Notes under the pieces: generated by a model
The model's input: only the letters and a program-made list of their open reading frames with translations
Told to the model about the DNA's origin: nothing
The model's database searches: none
Part shown: positions 55,214 to 57,575 of the stretch, piece by piece
Numbering within the stretch: the first letter of the stretch is position 1
Layout: each line of letters begins with the position of its first letter
Source: an uncultured Bacillota bacterium
GTDB taxonomy: Bacteria > Bacillota_I > Bacilli_A > RF39 > UBA660
Reading direction: 5' to 3'
DNA length: 57,575 nt
Assembly: GCA_946617625.1 (NCBI GenBank)
Contig: CAMOKF010000003.1
Coordinates: 1-57,575 of the forward strand
Program-made: the position numbers and the translations under genes

Positions 55214-55753
55214 ATGAAAAAGATATATATTATACTTACTTTTACTGGTACAGCTTTATCTAGGATTATTAAATTAAGTACAAGAGATGAATTTGCTCAT
55301 GTCTCTATAGCTTTAGATCCTGAGTTAAAAGAAATGTACTCTTTTGGAAGACTTAATCCTTATAATCCTTTTTTTGGAGGATTTGTACATGAGGGAATAG
55401 ATCATGGTACATTTAAGAGATTTTCTAAAACTACAATTGGTAATGTATATTCATTAGATGTTACTGATTACCAATATAAAAAATTAAAAAAGCAAATTAA
55501 ATTTGTAAGTAAATTTAAGAGTAATTATAGATTTAATATTTTAGGTCTTATATTTGCTAAGTTTAGAAAGAAATTAAATAGAGAAGATTGTTATTATTGT
55601 GCTGAATTTGTAAAAAAAGTAATGGATGATGCTTCTATAGAAACTAATCTTCCTGAATGTATTAAACCTGAAGACTTTAAGTATTTAGAAAATACTACTT
55701 TACTATATAGTGGAATGCTTAGAGATTATAATATTGGTGAGGTTAATGAATAA
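55214..55753 (+). CDS. YiiX/YaeF-like permuted papain-fold (NlpC/P60-related) protein
   Basis: TGTALSRIIKLSTRDEFAHVSIAL (His block) preceding CYYCAEFV (Cys block), the permuted order typical of this family. Confidence 0.5.
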   Translation: MKKIYIILTFTGTALSRIIKLSTRDEFAHVSIALDPELKEMYSFGRLNPYNPFFGGFVHEGIDHGTFKRFSKTTIGNVYSLDVTDYQYKKLKKQIKFVSKFKSNYRFNILGLIFAKFRKKLNREDCYYCAEFVKKVMDDASIETNLPECIKPEDFKYLENTTLLYSGMLRDYNIGEVNE

Positions 55754-56120
55754 AGAGAATATTATTAATGCTAAACTTAATTCATTATCTAAATCTAAGT
55801 TTAGATCTAGCTTTCATCTAAATAAAAAGATGATATTATATTGTAAAGAAAAAGGTTATAAAAAAATAGTTGATGATGCTTATAGTATTATTAATAATAG
55901 ATTAAGGCCTAAAGTGATAAGTAATGATGGTAAACAAACTCCTATGAGACAAGTACATCCTGTATTTATTGCACAACATGCTACTGGGTGTTGTTGTAGA
56001 GGATGTTTAGAAAAATGGCATCATATTCCAAAGAATAAAGAGTTAAGTGATAATGAGGTTAATTATATTGTTACTTTAATTATGGAATGGATTAAAAATG
56101 ATTATAATAATAAGTTATAA
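55746..56120 (+). CDS. DUF4186-domain protein
   Basis: HPVFIAQHATGCCCRGCLEKWHHIP; start at ATG 55746, 8-nt overlap with the previous gene. Confidence 0.6.
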   Translation: MNKENIINAKLNSLSKSKFRSSFHLNKKMILYCKEKGYKKIVDDAYSIINNRLRPKVISNDGKQTPMRQVHPVFIAQHATGCCCRGCLEKWHHIPKNKELSDNEVNYIVTLIMEWIKNDYNNKL

Positions 56121-56144
56121 TTATTTTATTTTGGAGGTAATTTT

Positions 56145-57182
56145 ATGAATTATGAGATAAGATTAGCTAGAGAAGATGAGGCTTTAGAATTAGCTAAGTT
56201 AAAATTAGAGTTATGGAAACAGACTTATATTAATATTTATCCGGCTGATAAGATTAATAATTATGATATTGATAAGAATATAAAAAAGTTTAGAGATATT
56301 ATAAATGATCCTGATATTAAATTATACGTTGTTGTTTCTAATGGCAAACTAGTTGGTTATATGTCTTATGGTAAGCCAATAAGGCCTTATAAAAATTTTT
56401 TACAAGAAATAGGCTTATTATATTTAGATAAATCAATGCAGAAGTTAGGTATTGGAAAAGAATTATTTAATATAGCTTATGATTCTATTAAAAATAGTGG
56501 ATATGAAGAATTCTTTATTTCATGTAATAAGTATAATGATAATGCTAGAAAGTTTTATGAAAAGATGGGTGGCTTATTAATTGATGTTGATTCCGATAAT
56601 GATGATAAATCTATTCCTCAAGTAAAATATTTATATCGTTTTAATAAGATTAATATTGATGAAGTGAAAACTCCAGAAGATATCTTAGAATACATGAAAT
56701 GTAATATTAGATATGGATGGTTAGATAGAGATGATAATGAACACATTTTTACAATGAAGAATTTTAGAAAAGATTATAGAACTTCTAGTTTAGAAGAAGT
56801 TTTAGAACATAAGTTAGGTTGTTGTATTGAACAAGTGTATTTAATGAAATATTTATTAGATAAAATAAATATACCTAGTAAAATGTTTTGTACTAGAATT
56901 TATGAAAATGATGATTATGATAATGTAGAAGAAAGTGAACATATGCATTGCTTTGCTTTATATTATTTAAATGGTAAAGTATATCAAATTGAACATCCTA
57001 ATTGGGAAAAGATTGGAATATATGAATATACTAATGAAGAAACTGCTATTAAGTCTATTAATGAATATTATGTGAATTTATCTTCTGGTATATCTAGGCC
57101 AGTTACTGAATTTTTTGAAGTTAAACCAAATTTATCTTTTAAAGAATTTAATAACTATATTAATAGTTTAGATAATAAGTAA
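56145..57182 (+). CDS. GNAT acetyltransferase fused to a transglutaminase/papain-like Cys-His domain
   Basis: GNAT motif A QKLGIGKELF; C-terminal LGCCIEQV (Cys), HMHCFALYY (His), YQIEH. Confidence 0.6.
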   Translation: MNYEIRLAREDEALELAKLKLELWKQTYINIYPADKINNYDIDKNIKKFRDIINDPDIKLYVVVSNGKLVGYMSYGKPIRPYKNFLQEIGLLYLDKSMQKLGIGKELFNIAYDSIKNSGYEEFFISCNKYNDNARKFYEKMGGLLIDVDSDNDDKSIPQVKYLYRFNKINIDEVKTPEDILEYMKCNIRYGWLDRDDNEHIFTMKNFRKDYRTSSLEEVLEHKLGCCIEQVYLMKYLLDKINIPSKMFCTRIYENDDYDNVEESEHMHCFALYYLNGKVYQIEHPNWEKIGIYEYTNEETAIKSINEYYVNLSSGISRPVTEFFEVKPNLSFKEFNNYINSLDNK

Positions 57183-57235
57183 TTGTATTAGTCTATTCTT
57201 TATGATATTATTTAATAGTAAGAGGAGTGTAGTTT

Positions 57236-57575
57236 ATGGATAATAATCAAATGAATGATAATCAAAATAATGGACAAATGAATAATAATATGGGTCAATA
57301 TCAAAATACAAATATGAATGGTCAATATCAAAATACAAATATGAATGGACAATATCAAAACCCAAACATGAATGGTCAATATCAAAACCCAAACATGAAT
57401 GGACAATATCAAAACCCAAACATGAATGGTCAATATCAAAACCCAAACATGAATGGTCCTAGAGGATTAGTAGTTGAAACTAATATAATACTTGCTGTTA
57501 TACTTACTATTGTAACTTGTGGTATTTATGGAATTTATTGGTTTGTTAAAATGACTGATGAATCTAATAATATAT
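57236..57575 (+). CDS. DUF4234-like membrane protein with N-terminal N/Q-rich tandem repeats (partial, runs off the window)
   Basis: SD AGAGGAG; MDNNQMNDNQ..(GQYQNxNMN)x6..; TM ILAVILTIVTCGIYGIYWF typical of DUF4234; absent from the ORF track because there is no stop in the window. Confidence 0.6.
   Translation, partial: MDNNQMNDNQNNGQMNNNMGQYQNTNMNGQYQNTNMNGQYQNPNMNGQYQNPNMNGQYQNPNMNGQYQNPNMNGPRGLVVETNIILAVILTIVTCGIYGIYWFVKMTDESNNI
57293..57454 (+). repeat. Six tandem 27-bp in-frame repeats
   Basis: GG(T/A)CAATATCAAAA(TACAAAT/CCCAAAC)ATGAAT; two copies of the first variant, four of the second. Confidence 0.95.

Noticed and set aside
57212-57446. Two minus-strand ORFs (75 and 70 aa; HVWVLILSI.. 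/ CLGFDIDHS.. repeats) from the ORF track
   Set aside because: They are reverse-complement reading artefacts of the + strand 27-bp tandem repeat. The + strand frame has an SD, an ATG at 57236 and continues into a recognisable DUF4234-type TM segment.

Overview
Very AT-rich chromosomal segment from a low-GC Gram-positive bacterium (Bacillota). The ylbD-ylbE-ylbF-rsmD synteny, RNase HIII, parE/parC and CIRCE-hrcA-grpE-dnaK-dnaJ point to the Bacilli/Erysipelotrichia side. TGA is used as a stop codon, so this is standard code 11. There are about 60 genes, nearly all on the + strand. Core content: topoisomerase IV (parE, parC), a heat-shock operon with two CIRCE operators, thyA-folA, rnhC, cvpA, ppdK, uppP, mnmA, folD, an asymmetric heterodimeric ABC exporter, a DAG-kinase-like lipid kinase and two tRNAs (CAT anticodon; Leu-TAG). 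Accessory content: (1) a T7SSb-style effector cassette at the left edge (DUF4176, helical partner, Gly-zipper toxin with a gluzincin C-terminal domain, immunity candidate), plus a free-standing paralogue of that metallopeptidase domain after dnaJ; (2) a Bro-N/DinD-like gene inserted between parE and parC; (3) large surface proteins with prepilin-like KGF leaders, a Gly-rich/discoidin/ricin adhesin and two adjacent poly-Ser proteins; (4) an SOS-boxed Y-family polymerase/YolD pair; (5) several zinc-ribbon membrane proteins and N/Q-rich repeat proteins. The most unusual signal is at 37.2-39.0 kb. A consensus promoter is followed by a well-initiated 19-codon His-rich leader ORF and mutually exclusive RNA helices ending in an intrinsic terminator. 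Downstream is a phosphoribosyltransferase-like gene split into two frames exactly at AGGAGG-TAT-CCC-C(AT), a prfB-like +1 frameshift signal with a His codon in the A site. A LOG/SLOG (TIGR00725-like) gene follows. Together this looks like an undescribed His-tRNA-sensing regulatory module on a nucleotide-modifying gene pair. No CRISPR array, rRNA, transposase, integrase or recognisable prophage was seen.
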